Source of the DNA: Thermoanaerobaculia bacterium
GTDB lineage: Bacteria; Acidobacteriota; Thermoanaerobaculia; Gp7-AA8
Length of the DNA stretch: 64,000 bases
Assembly (NCBI GenBank): GCA_035629395.1
Contig: DASPHZ010000002.1
Location: 69,423 to 133,422 of the forward strand
Direction of reading: 5' to 3'
Part shown: positions 11,966 through 21,465 of the stretch, one piece after another
How the letters are laid out: each line of letters starts with the position of its first letter
Numbering within the stretch: the first letter of the stretch is position 1
Program-made: the position numbers and the translations under genes
Notes under the pieces: generated by a model
What the model was told of the DNA's origin: nothing
The model's database searches: none
The model's input: only the letters and a program-made list of their open reading frames with translations

Positions 11966-14238
11966 TGGGCCATCACGTCCAGTGCTTCTTCGCCGACGCC
12001 GCGCAGGACTTCGTCGATGGTGTCGCCGCCGAGGAGGAGGCCGAAGGCGGAGCGCCACATGCGGGCGAGCTCCTGTGCGGCGACGCGCACGAGCGGCACT
12101 CCATGGCGCTCGATGAGGAACATGCCGTGTGCCGTATGCCCGAGGCGCTGCGCTTTCACGCCGTGCTTCGCCGCCGCTTCGAGCACGCGCGCGGTCTCGG
12201 TCTTCGCGCACGCGACGACGGCGCGCGCCTGCGACTCGCTGAAGAGCAGGCCCGTCGCGTCGAGCTCGTCCGCGTGTCCGGCGAGATCGACGTGGCAGCC
12301 GATGCCGTCCATCGACATCTCCGCGAGCGCGACTCCGAGTCCGCCGTTGGCGATGTCGTGCGCCGCGCGCAGCGTGTGCGTGCCGTGCAGCTCGAGCAGC
12401 AGCTCGATGAGGGAGCGTTCGCGATCCAGATCGACGCGCGGCGGTACGGCGAGCGCGTTCGCGTCGTACATCTGCTGCCACTCGCTGCCGCCCATTTCGT
12501 CGCGCGTCTCGCCGAGGAGCACCACGTCGAGATCCGCGTCGGGGAAGGCCAGGCCGCAGCCGTCGCGATCGCTGTCGAGAATGCCGACCATGCCGACGGT
12601 CGGCGTCGGATAAATCGCGCGCCCTTCGGTCTCGTTGTAGAACGAGACGTTGCCGGAGACGACCGGCGTGTCGAGGGCGCGGCAGGCGTCGCTGATGCCG
12701 CGGATGCACTCCGCGAACTGCCACATGATGTCGGGGCGTTCGGGCGAGCCGAAATTGAGGCAGTCGGTGATCGCGACCGGGCGTCCACCCGATGCCGCGA
12801 CGTTGCGCGCCGCTTCCGCGACGGCCTGTTTGCCGCCCTCGTACGGATCGAGGTAGCAGTAGACGGGATTCACGTCCGAGGTCATGGCGAGGGCGCGGCC
12901 GGTCTCTTTGACGCGGACGACCGCGGCGTCGCGTTTCTCCGGCCCGGCGATCGTGTTCGTGCGCACGGTCGTGTCGTACTGGCCGAAGATCCAATGCTTC
13001 GAGCAGAGGTTCGGCGAGGCCAGGAGGCGCATCAACGTCTCGGTGCGATCGCCGTCCTGTTCCTGGTTGCGCGCGAGCACGGGCGCGAGCTGATCGGCGT
13101 AATCCGGACGCGCGAGGGGACGTTCGTACAGCGGCGCTTCGGTGGAGATGGGCTCGACGGGAATCGCGGCCACTTCCTCGCCGTGCCACATGAGGCGCAC
13201 GAAGCCGTCGTCCGTCACTTCGCCGACGACGGCGGCGTTGAGATCCCAGCGCTCGAACGTGCGCACGACGTCTTCTTCGCGGCCCTGTTTCGCGACGATG
13301 AGCATGCGCTCCTGCGATTCGCTGAGCATGATCTCGTACGGCGTCATGCCGCTCTCGCGCATCGGCACGCGGTCGAGGTGCATGCGCACGCCGGTGCCCG
13401 CGCGGCCGGCCATCTCGAACGAGGAGGACGTGAGTCCCGCCGCGCCCATGTCCTGGATGCCGACGACCGCATCCGAGTCCATGATCTCGAGACATGCTTC
13501 GAGCAGCAGTTTTTCGGTGAACGGGTCGCCGACCTGCACGGTCGGGCGTTTCTCCTCGGAGGCCTCGTCGAATTCCGCGGAGGCCATGGTCGCGCCGTGG
13601 ATGCCGTCGCGGCCCGTCTTCGAGCCGACGTAGATCACGGGATTGCCGACGCCGCTCGCGGTGCCTTTGAAGATCTTCTCGCGCTTCGTGACGCCGAGGG
13701 AGAAGACGTTGCAGAGAATGTTGCCGTTGTAAGAGGGGTGGAACGAGGTCTCGCCGCCGACGGTGGGGATGCCGATGCAGTTGCCGTAGCCGCTGATGCC
13801 GCGCACGACCCCGTCGACGAGGTACTTCATGCGCGGCGCGTCGAGCTCTCCGAAGCGCAGCGAATCGAGCGATGCGATCGGGCGCGCGCCCATGGTGAAG
13901 ATGTCGCGAAGGATGCCGCCGACGCCGGTCGCCGCGCCCTGGTACGGCTCGATGAACGACGGGTGGTTGTGCGACTCCATCTTGAACGCGGCCACCCACC
14001 CATCGCCGATGTCGATCACGCCCGCGTTCTCGCCGGGCCCCTGCACCACGCGCGGCCCCGACGTGGGGAACTTGCGCAGGTGCACGCGCGACGATTTGTA
14101 CGAACAATGCTCCGACCACATCACCGAAAAGATCCCCAGCTCCGTGTAGTTCGGCTCGCGCCCGAGGATCTGCAGGATGCGCTGGTATTCGTCTTCGGTG
14201 ATGCCGTGGGAGCGGACGAGGGCGGGGGTGATCTGCAT
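11962..14238 (-). CDS. purL: Phosphoribosylformylglycinamidine synthase subunit PurL
   Basis: [50 protein letters not shown]. Confidence 0.97.
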   Translation of the reverse strand: MQITPALVRSHGITEDEYQRILQILGREPNYTELGIFSVMWSEHCSYKSSRVHLRKFPTSGPRVVQGPGENAGVIDIGDGWVAAFKMESHNHPSFIEPYQGAATGVGGILRDIFTMGARPIASLDSLRFGELDAPRMKYLVDGVVRGISGYGNCIGIPTVGGETSFHPSYNGNILCNVFSLGVTKREKIFKGTASGVGNPVIYVGSKTGRDGIHGATMASAEFDEASEEKRPTVQVGDPFTEKLLLEACLEIMDSDAVVGIQDMGAAGLTSSSFEMAGRAGTGVRMHLDRVPMRESGMTPYEIMLSESQERMLIVAKQGREEDVVRTFERWDLNAAVVGEVTDDGFVRLMWHGEEVAAIPVEPISTEAPLYERPLARPDYADQLAPVLARNQEQDGDRTETLMRLLASPNLCSKHWIFGQYDTTVRTNTIAGPEKRDAAVVRVKETGRALAMTSDVNPVYCYLDPYEGGKQAVAEAARNVAASGGRPVAITDCLNFGSPERPDIMWQFAECIRGISDACRALDTPVVSGNVSFYNETEGRAIYPTPTVGMVGILDSDRDGCGLAFPDADLDVVLLGETRDEMGGSEWQQMYDANALAVPPRVDLDRERSLIELLLELHGTHTLRAAHDIANGGLGVALAEMSMDGIGCHVDLAGHADELDATGLLFSESQARAVVACAKTETARVLEAAAKHGVKAQRLGHTAHGMFLIERHGVPLVRVAAQELARMWRSAFGLLLGGDTIDEVLRGVGEEALDVMAH

Positions 14239-14254
14239 GGAGGGGATTCTAGCT

Positions 14255-14368
14255 GGGGGAGGAGCTATAGAGCTGTAGAGCGTTAGAGCCGTAGAGGGGT
14301 GCTCCCCTTCCCCTTTACCGCTCTACAGCTTTACCGCTCTACCGCTCTACCGCTCAACAGCTCCCCCC
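14255..14368. repeat. Inverted octamer tandem repeat element (GAGCTGTA)n-GAGGGGT...CCCCT-(TACAGCTC)n
   Basis: About 4 units on the left arm and 6 complementary units on the right arm, between divergent purL and oxidoreductase genes. Confidence 0.9.
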
Positions 14369-14395
14369 TGTCACACTCCCCCTCCCTCGCTCGTC
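14369..14395 (+). promoter_or_regulatory. ECF41-type promoter TGTCACA-N16-CGTC
   Basis: TGTCACA at 14369-14375, 16-nt spacer, CGTC at 14392-14395, upstream of an oxidoreductase followed by an ECF41 sigma factor. Confidence 0.85.
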
Positions 14396-14416
14396 CTTAC
14401 TCGCCAGGAGGCACAC

Positions 14417-15442
14417 ATGCACGAATCCATCATCATTCTTGGGGGCGGTTACGGCGGGGTCATGGCGGCGGCGCGGTTGGCGCGGCGCGGGATTCCGGTG
14501 ACGCTCGTCGACGCGCGGCCGGCGTTCGTGGAGCGCATCCGGCTGCATCAGGTGGCGGCGGGCGACGACGTCGCGCCGGTGCCGTATGCGCGGATGTTTC
14601 GGAACCTGCCGGTCGCGTTCGTCCAGGCGCGCGTCGAGCGGATCGATCGCGTGAACAAGCGCGTGATCACGAGCGAAGGGGAGCTGCGGTACGACAAGCT
14701 GGTTTACGCTCTCGGCAGTGAGGAGACGGGATTGAACCCGATCGCGATCCGCGAGCGGCTGAAAACGGCGAAGAACATGATCGTCGTCGGCGGCGGGCTG
14801 ACCGGCATCGAGACCGCGAGCGAAGTCGCGGAGCGCCATCCGCACGTGCAGGTCACGCTCGTCGACAGCGGGACGCTCGGCAAGGGACTTTCGCCGCGCG
14901 CGCAGCGGCATCTGCGGACGTGGTTCGACGCACACAATGTCACGGTGATCGAAAACCATCGCATCGCCCAAGATGCGCATCTCGCAGCGGACATCGTCGT
15001 CTGGTGCACGTCGTTCACGCTCTCGCCGATCGCGCGCGACGCGGGACTGCACGTCAACGCGCGCGGACAGATCGTCGTCGACGATCGCCTGCGCTCGTCC
15101 GATCCGTCGATCTTCGCGGTCGGCGATGCGGCGGCGTGCCGCGACTACCGCATGTCGTGCGCGCTCGCGCTGCCGATGGGCGCGCACGTCGCGGACACGA
15201 TCGCGGGGATCGCGCGCGAGCCGTTCCGTTTCGGTTTCGCCATCCAGTGCATCTCCCTCGGACGCCACGACGGCATCATTCAGCTCGTGAACGCCGACGA
15301 TTCGCCGAAAGAGATGGCCATCACCGGACGCCCCGGCGCGTGGATCAAGGAGCTGGTCTGCCGTTACGCGGCCGGATCGCTCAAGCTCGAAGCGCGCGGC
15401 TTCCGCTATCACTGGCCGCAGCCGGAGCAGGAGGCGGCGTGA
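14417..15442 (+). CDS. FAD-dependent pyridine nucleotide-disulfide oxidoreductase (Ndh-like)
   Basis: ILGGGYGG, VVGGGLTGIE, IFAVGD motifs; AGGAGG RBS. Confidence 0.9.
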   Translation: MHESIIILGGGYGGVMAAARLARRGIPVTLVDARPAFVERIRLHQVAAGDDVAPVPYARMFRNLPVAFVQARVERIDRVNKRVITSEGELRYDKLVYALGSEETGLNPIAIRERLKTAKNMIVVGGGLTGIETASEVAERHPHVQVTLVDSGTLGKGLSPRAQRHLRTWFDAHNVTVIENHRIAQDAHLAADIVVWCTSFTLSPIARDAGLHVNARGQIVVDDRLRSSDPSIFAVGDAAACRDYRMSCALALPMGAHVADTIAGIAREPFRFGFAIQCISLGRHDGIIQLVNADDSPKEMAITGRPGAWIKELVCRYAAGSLKLEARGFRYHWPQPEQEAA

Positions 15443-16311
15443 ACGAGTTCGAGGCGTATCGCGCGCTGCTGTTTTCGATCGCATACCGGATGACCGGCAG
15501 CGCGGCCGATGCGGAGGATCTCGTGCAGGACGCGTACGTGCGATACGCGTCCACCGACACCGAGGTCGTGCGGGACGTGAAGGCGTTCCTCGTCACCGTC
15601 CTCACGCGCCTCGCGCTCGACCGGTTGAAGTCCGCGCAGAAGCAGCGCGAGGAGTACATCGGTCCGTGGCTGCCGGAGCCCGTCTTCACCGGCATCGACG
15701 GCGATCCCTACGCGCGCGCCACACGCGACGAGAAGGTGGAGATGGCGCTGCTGCGCGCACTGGAACGACTATCGCCGACCGAACGCGCGGTGCTGCTGTT
15801 GTACGAGGTGCTCGAGCATGACCACAACGAGATCGCGGAACTGCTCGAGATCACACCCGCGGCATCGCGGCAGACCCTGCATCGGGCGAAGGAGCGCGTG
15901 GCGGCGGAGAAGCGCCGCTTCACGCCTCCCGTCGAAGAACAGCGCCGCTTGATCGAAGGATTCATCGGTGCGGTGGCGAAAGGCGACGTCGACGGGTTGC
16001 GCAGCATGCTCGCCGCGGACGTCGTGTCGATTGCCGACGGCGGCGCGAAGTCGTTCGCGGCCAAGCGGCCGATTCACGGCGCGGATGCGGTGGCGAAGAT
16101 GTGGGTCGGCATCGCCCAGAAGTTCGGCACCGGGTTCTCCGTCTCGATCGAAGAAGTCAACGGCGCGCTCGCGCTCGTCGGACGCCGCGATGGTGCCATC
16201 GGCAGCATTCTGTCGTTCGCGTTCGAGGGCGACCGCATCGCGGAGCTGGTGAGCTTCGTCAATCCCGACAAGCTGGCGTTCGCGCAGCGGCAGACTACTG
16301 CGCCGCGTTGA
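15439..16311 (+). CDS. ECF41 (SigJ-like) sigma-70 factor with SnoaL-like C-terminal extension
   Basis: GTG start overlapping upstream stop; AYRMTGSAADAEDLVQD, YIGPWLPEP, ADGG, NPDKL. Confidence 0.93.
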   Translation: MNEFEAYRALLFSIAYRMTGSAADAEDLVQDAYVRYASTDTEVVRDVKAFLVTVLTRLALDRLKSAQKQREEYIGPWLPEPVFTGIDGDPYARATRDEKVEMALLRALERLSPTERAVLLLYEVLEHDHNEIAELLEITPAASRQTLHRAKERVAAEKRRFTPPVEEQRRLIEGFIGAVAKGDVDGLRSMLAADVVSIADGGAKSFAAKRPIHGADAVAKMWVGIAQKFGTGFSVSIEEVNGALALVGRRDGAIGSILSFAFEGDRIAELVSFVNPDKLAFAQRQTTAPR

Positions 16312-17020
16312 GGCGCTGCAGAAAAGCCTGGATGCCGCCGAGGTCCGCATCCGCCTCGGCCGCAACGCCCGCCGTCGCTTCGCGCACGAGATTGGCGAAG
16401 ATCTCCTCGCGCGTCATCACCGTCTCGTTCCACCAGAGCGGATGGATGAGGAGCTGGCTGCGCGGATGGGTACGGAAGAACGCGTCGACGTCGGGGGCGC
16501 CGAAGCGCATGCGGCTGTCGCTGAGGTACGCGATGTCTTCGAAGAACGCGGCGCTGTACGCGTCGCGATATTCGGCGAGCCGCGGCCGGATCTTGCTCGT
16601 CGACGGTTTGTGTTGCGCGATGGAGGTGAACGGCGCGCCGACGTACAGCTCGAGGAGCTGGATCGACACGCGCACGCGCTCCTGCATCTGCGCTTCCGAC
16701 AGCCCTTCGAAATACGAGCAGTCGTAGTGCAGGCCGAGCTCGTGCCCCATGGCCGCCATCTCCTGCAGCGCGCGGATGTTCTCCGGCGTCAGCGGGTTGT
16801 AGTACGGCGCGGTGAGGAGGACGAAGAACGTCGCGCGCGTACCGCCCTCGACGTCGAGCTTCGCCATCTCCAGCGCCTTCTGCACCGAGAAGTCGATGTC
16901 GTGGCGCAGGATCACCGCCGGGCCGGATTCGGGGAAATCGCGGAGCGGACCGACTTTGTAGCCGAGGTCCTGAATGCTGCGGAGCAGGCGGAGATACCCG
17001 GCGTGTGTGAAGTCGGTCAT
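16295..17020 (-). CDS. Polysaccharide deacetylase-like (NodB/CE4-like) protein
   Basis: ILRHDIDFS, ATFFVL, GHELGLHYD, LIHPLWW. Confidence 0.75.
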   Translation of the reverse strand: MTDFTHAGYLRLLRSIQDLGYKVGPLRDFPESGPAVILRHDIDFSVQKALEMAKLDVEGGTRATFFVLLTAPYYNPLTPENIRALQEMAAMGHELGLHYDCSYFEGLSEAQMQERVRVSIQLLELYVGAPFTSIAQHKPSTSKIRPRLAEYRDAYSAAFFEDIAYLSDSRMRFGAPDVDAFFRTHPRSQLLIHPLWWNETVMTREEIFANLVREATAGVAAEADADLGGIQAFLQRLNAAQ

Positions 17021-18093
17021 CGCGCGCGCATTCTCTGCAGGCGCTCGAGGTTTTTCAAGGGCAGCGTGCGGAACGGCTTGTCGGTGAAGATGCGGATCGC
17101 ACGGCGCCGCAGGTAGTCGCGGAAATCTTCGGCGAACGGCGACAGAGAGCCTTCCACCGTCGCGGCGTCGAGGTTGAAGTAGACGTCGCCGAACGCGATC
17201 CCGAGCTCGTCTCTTTTCACGATGTCGATGGCGACGTCGGAGTCATTCCAGCGCGCCACGTAACGCCCTTCCTTCGACACGACCTCGAGGCCTTTCGACG
17301 GCAGCGTGGTGAGGTAGTCCTCGATGATGTCGACGGCGAGGCGCTCTTTCTTGTCGCGCGTCATCGGGCGCGGATAGCTGCCCGGCTCTCCCTTGATCTC
17401 CGCGGGCACGCCGGCGGCGAGGGTGTGCGGCGGGATGTCGCGCGTGACGAGCGAGCACGCGCCGACGGTGCTGTAGTCGTGGATCGTCACGCCCGGCATG
17501 ACCGACGATTTCAGGTAGACGACGACGTAATCGCCGATCGTGATCGGTGCGAATTTCGTCGGATAGCCCATCATCGACGGCTGCCACGCGGCGTGGGTGA
17601 GGAGGCAGACGTCGGTGCTGAGCGCGCTGCCGTTGCCGAGCGTCACGGTCTCGGAGAGGTTGATGTAGCAGCCGTCGAACACCGACGTGTGATCGCCGAT
17701 GAGGAGGTACGAGCGCGGTCCTCGCGCGCCGCCGCCGCCGACGACGACGTTGTCTTTCAGCCAGAGAAACTCGCCGGCGCGCATGCCCTGCCCCGCGATG
17801 GCGACGTTGTTGCCGACGACGGAGAAGCGTCCGATGCGGAAGTACTCGTTCATCTCGGCGGACGTGTTGGAGCCGATGCTGCTGCCTTCGCCGAGCTCGA
17901 TCTCCGGTGCGAGCATCGTCGTGTTCGCGCCGATCTTCGCGTTCGCGCCGAGGATGAGGCGGTCGCAGGTGATCTGCACGTTGGGGCCGATGCGGACGCC
18001 GCCGGCGATGGAGACTTCGTCCGCTGTGATGACGCTGCCGGGGCCGAGCTCGACGCCGGCAGCGACGTTGGAGACACGCGCGTGAATCTGCAT
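17017..18093 (-). CDS. Left-handed beta-helix (hexapeptide repeat) acyltransferase
   Basis: Many [LIV]Gxxxx hexapeptides; PGVTIHDYSTVGACSLVTRDIP, AAGVPA. Confidence 0.85.
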   Translation of the reverse strand: MQIHARVSNVAAGVELGPGSVITADEVSIAGGVRIGPNVQITCDRLILGANAKIGANTTMLAPEIELGEGSSIGSNTSAEMNEYFRIGRFSVVGNNVAIAGQGMRAGEFLWLKDNVVVGGGGARGPRSYLLIGDHTSVFDGCYINLSETVTLGNGSALSTDVCLLTHAAWQPSMMGYPTKFAPITIGDYVVVYLKSSVMPGVTIHDYSTVGACSLVTRDIPPHTLAAGVPAEIKGEPGSYPRPMTRDKKERLAVDIIEDYLTTLPSKGLEVVSKEGRYVARWNDSDVAIDIVKRDELGIAFGDVYFNLDAATVEGSLSPFAEDFRDYLRRRAIRIFTDKPFRTLPLKNLERLQRMRAR

Positions 18094-18098
18094 GGGCG

Positions 18099-18518
18099 TC
18101 ACTTTACGTGAATCTCGCGAGCGCCGTCCTCGCGGACCGAGATCGTGATGTCGACGTGCGACTCCTCGAATTCGCGGAACGCTTCCTTCGGCCATTCGAT
18201 GAGCTTCACGCCGGGGCCGGAGAGGAGTTCGGGGATGCCGATCTCCAGCCATTCGCGGCGGTTTTCGGAGAGGCGGTAGCCGTCGATGTGAATGACCGGC
18301 GCGCCGTCCGCGCGCGGGTATTCGTGCACGATGGCGAACGAGGGCGAGGCGACGTCGCTCGGATTCGCGCCGAGCTCGGAGGCCATGGCGCGCGCGAGGA
18401 ATGTCTTGCCCGCGCCGAGGTCGCCGATGAGGTGGACGACGGCATCGGGGACGAGGGAGCGTGCGATCTCACGACCCGCGCGCTCGGTGTCGGCTTCGGT
18501 GAGGCAGAGGAAGTTCAT
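18099..18518 (-). CDS. tsaE: tRNA threonylcarbamoyladenosine biosynthesis ATPase TsaE
   Basis: LIGDLGAGKT, VASPSFAIVHEY, HIDGYRL, LIEWP; downstream of nnr. Confidence 0.93.
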   Translation of the reverse strand: MNFLCLTEADTERAGREIARSLVPDAVVHLIGDLGAGKTFLARAMASELGANPSDVASPSFAIVHEYPRADGAPVIHIDGYRLSENRREWLEIGIPELLSGPGVKLIEWPKEAFREFEESHVDITISVREDGAREIHVK

Positions 18519-18701
18519 AGGCGGCGACGCATTGTAGCGGCGAGAATTCAAGGACTGAGCGTCGCGTTGGCGTACACGGCCGTGCCTTGCGTCATCTGAA
18601 AGGTGACGGTACAGTTTCTGCGACTGTTTTCATCATGATCGAGCCCGATCGCTGCCGGCCTGAAGAAAGCTGCCAAGAGCGTAAAAAGAAAAACCGCGCG
18701 C

Positions 18702-19263
18702 GTGGTGACGGTCGTGTCGAAGCGCTTCAATAAAAGCGCGCAGGTCACGGTCGGAAAGAGCGTGAGCGGGAATCTGCGGCAGACGGCCGGCACTGCCGAA
18801 GAAAAGCTCGTTCAGATCGCGGAGAACAGTCTCGGTCTGGTACAGGCGTCGACGAAGCTTTCGATGCCGCCGTCGGAGATTACACGCCGAGTGCGAAGGC
18901 GGCAGTTGTACGGGTTCCGTGCAACCGCCTCCTGCTGCTCCCGAATTTTCAGTTCAGCGGCAGCCGGGTCGTACGCGGCATCGAGCAGGTCGTTCCGCAG
19001 CTCGATCCGCGGCTGCATCCCATCGAGGTCGTGAACTGGTTCACGAATCGTCATACGGACCTCGTACTGGACGGCGACCTGGTCTCGCCTTTGGCCTGGT
19101 TGAAAGCCGGCCACGACGTGCAGAAGGTGGCGGAACTGGCGAAAGAAGTGGGAGGCGCTCCAATCAGAGACCGCTCCCCACGCTGCACGCGCCGCTGACT
19201 GACCCGCGCATCGCATCACTGCTCGCCGGCGTCGCAACTGACATCGGTTACGACCTCATTTGA
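18702..19263 (+). pseudogene. Frameshifted HTH DNA-binding/antitoxin-like gene followed by a short C-terminal fragment resembling RES-toxin tails
   Basis: Frame 1 ...LSMPPSEITRRVRRRQLYGFR shifts near 18922 to NRLLLLPNFQF...HPIEVVNWFTNRHTDL...SPLAWLKAG (stop 19198). A third frame ends PLTDPRIASLLAGVATDIGYDLI* at 19263. Lower GC than flanks. Confidence 0.6.
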
Positions 19264-20755
19264 CGCGCACCCGCTGAATGGCGTGAGGGATTTTCTCGGC
19301 GACGTCCATGGCCGCGAGGCCGGTGTCGCCGAGTTCGTCGCGCACGAGATCGCCCGCGAGGCCGTGCAGGTAGACCGCGGCGCAGGCGGCGTCGAGCGGG
19401 TCGGTGCCGCGGGCGAGCAGCGCGGCGATGATGCCGGAGAGGACGTCGCCCATGCCGCCGCTGGCCATGCCGGGGTTGCCGGTGGGGTTCACGTACACGT
19501 GCTCGTCCGGTTCGGCGACGAGCGACTGGTGTCCCTTGAGCACGACCACGCAATTCGACACGCGCGCCGCTTCACGCGCGGCGGCGATGCGGTCCTGGTT
19601 GATCGCGCGCGCTTCGGTACCGAGCAATCGCGCGAGCTCGCCGGGATGCGGGGTGATCACGCGAGGGAGTCCGCGAGGATTGAGGTCCGCCATTCGTCCC
19701 GCGAAGGCGTTGAGCGCGGACGCGTCGATGATCGCGGGGAGGCCGATCGCGGCGACGACGGCGCGCGTGTTCTCGTATGCGCGCTCGTCGTCCGGCAGAC
19801 CCGGTCCGATCAGCACCGCGGATTTGCTGGCGAGGAATTCGTGAACGTCGTCCCCGGAGTACGTCATCGATTCGATCGACGCCGCGTGCACGAGCTTCGC
19901 GGTGTCGGCATCGGTCATCACCGAAACGAGCCCGGCACCCGTGCGAAGCGCGCCGCGTGCGGCCATCACGGCCGCACCGCTGCGTCCCGGCGAGCCGGCG
20001 ATGATGGCCACGTGTCCGTACGTCCCTTTGTGCGTGGCCGCGAGTCGTGGCGCGACGTGCGGCGCCACGTCCTTCGGCGTGATCATCGCCAGCGTCACCA
20101 GCTCTTCGTCGATGGCGATCTCCGGGATGGAGATGTCGGCGACGATCACTTCGCCGCAGTACAGCGCCCCCGGCTCGAACACATGGCAGACCTTCGGCGC
20201 CGCAAACGTCACCGTCACCTCGGCCTGCACGCACGGGTCGAACGGCACAGGCCACGACGCGTTCGCGCCGCTCGGCAGGTCGACGGCAAGGACAGGGATG
20301 CGCAGCTCCGCCATTCCGCGAATCACGTCCGCATGAATGCCGGAAGGAGGGCGATTGAGGCCGGTGCCGAAGATGGCGTCGACGAGCAGGTCCGCATCGG
20401 CCGCATGCGCGAGCGCGGTGTCCGCGTCGTCACCGGAGTAGATGGGGATGCCGAGGCGCTCGCAGATGTCGAGATTCGTCCGGGCGTCGCCGCGGACGGC
20501 GTTGCGGTCGCCGACGATCACGACGACGGGCACGACGCCGCGATTTTCGAGATGCCGCGCCACCGCGAAGCCGTCGCCGCCGTTCTGTCCCACACCGCAG
20601 AAGATGGCCACGCGCTCGCTTTCGGGGTAGCGCTCGAAGATCGCCTCGACCACGGCGATGGCGGCGTTCTCCATCAGCACGATCGACGGGACGCCGAAGC
20701 GTTCAGTGGTGCGGTGATCGATGCTGCGCATCTGCTCGGCGCTCAGGATCTTCAT
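19256..20755 (-). CDS. nnr: Bifunctional NAD(P)HX epimerase/dehydratase (YjeF)
   Basis: LMENAA, GQNGGDG, DAIFGTG, HKGTYGH, TPHPGE, GGMGDVLSG. Confidence 0.95.
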   Translation of the reverse strand: MKILSAEQMRSIDHRTTERFGVPSIVLMENAAIAVVEAIFERYPESERVAIFCGVGQNGGDGFAVARHLENRGVVPVVVIVGDRNAVRGDARTNLDICERLGIPIYSGDDADTALAHAADADLLVDAIFGTGLNRPPSGIHADVIRGMAELRIPVLAVDLPSGANASWPVPFDPCVQAEVTVTFAAPKVCHVFEPGALYCGEVIVADISIPEIAIDEELVTLAMITPKDVAPHVAPRLAATHKGTYGHVAIIAGSPGRSGAAVMAARGALRTGAGLVSVMTDADTAKLVHAASIESMTYSGDDVHEFLASKSAVLIGPGLPDDERAYENTRAVVAAIGLPAIIDASALNAFAGRMADLNPRGLPRVITPHPGELARLLGTEARAINQDRIAAAREAARVSNCVVVLKGHQSLVAEPDEHVYVNPTGNPGMASGGMGDVLSGIIAALLARGTDPLDAACAAVYLHGLAGDLVRDELGDTGLAAMDVAEKIPHAIQRVRVK

Positions 20756-21402
20756 GGCCTCCACCCCGTCGCCCGAGCATATCGCTCCAGATCCTCGGCC
20801 GTATCGACGTCCATTCTCTCCGGCAGCAGCGCGACCGTGCGGTTCATCGCGGCGATCTTCGCGAGCGTCGCGGGGAGCACGGAAGACGTGCCCCACTCGA
20901 TGTCCGCGAAGATGCTCGGATCGAAGGAGAGCGCGCGACAGCCGATGAGGTAGTAGCCGCCGTCGGCTGCCGGACCGAGGACGTATTCACACGAGTCGAG
21001 CAACGCGAACGCGTGATCGACGAGCTCGCGCGGCAGCGTCGGATCGTCGACGCCGATGGCGATGATCTTCTGCGTGCGATGGAAGAAGAAGCGCTCGGAG
21101 AAGGCCATCGCCAGACGGTCGCCGAGCGTCTCGCCCGTCTGCATGGCCACGCTGTGGTGGGCAAAGGCGCGCTGCAGCAGCTCGCCGTTCGCGTTCGGCG
21201 TGGGAGGCCAGAGGAACTCGATCTCGAGGCCAGGCGAGGACTCGCCGATGCCGCGCACGACGTCGCGCAGCATGGCCTCGTAGATGGTGAGCGCGCGCTC
21301 GTCGCCGAGGTCCGCGGCGAGCCGCGTCTTCACGCGTCCGAGCTCCGGCAGGCGTGCGAACACGAGCAGCCGTTGCGGGGGTGGTGGAACGGTGGCGAAC
21401 AC
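20752..21402 (-). CDS. DUF2064/TIGR04282-type glycosyltransferase-fold protein
   Basis: FARLPELGRVKTRLA, QTGETLGDRL, LGPAADGGYYLIG, DVDTAEDL; start approximate. Confidence 0.85.
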   Translation of the reverse strand: MFATVPPPPQRLLVFARLPELGRVKTRLAADLGDERALTIYEAMLRDVVRGIGESSPGLEIEFLWPPTPNANGELLQRAFAHHSVAMQTGETLGDRLAMAFSERFFFHRTQKIIAIGVDDPTLPRELVDHAFALLDSCEYVLGPAADGGYYLIGCRALSFDPSIFADIEWGTSSVLPATLAKIAAMNRTVALLPERMDVDTAEDLERYARATGWRP

Positions 21403-21465
21403 GGGTCGCAGTTTATCCCCGTGGGCTCCGCGATCCCCCGTCCGCGTGCGGGATAAACTGAACGC

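Noticed and set aside
11444-14119. 891-aa ORF suggesting a PurL-GNAT frameshift fusion
   Set aside because: Only the last ~173 codons are protein-like; a TTG start overlapping the purL stop explains it.
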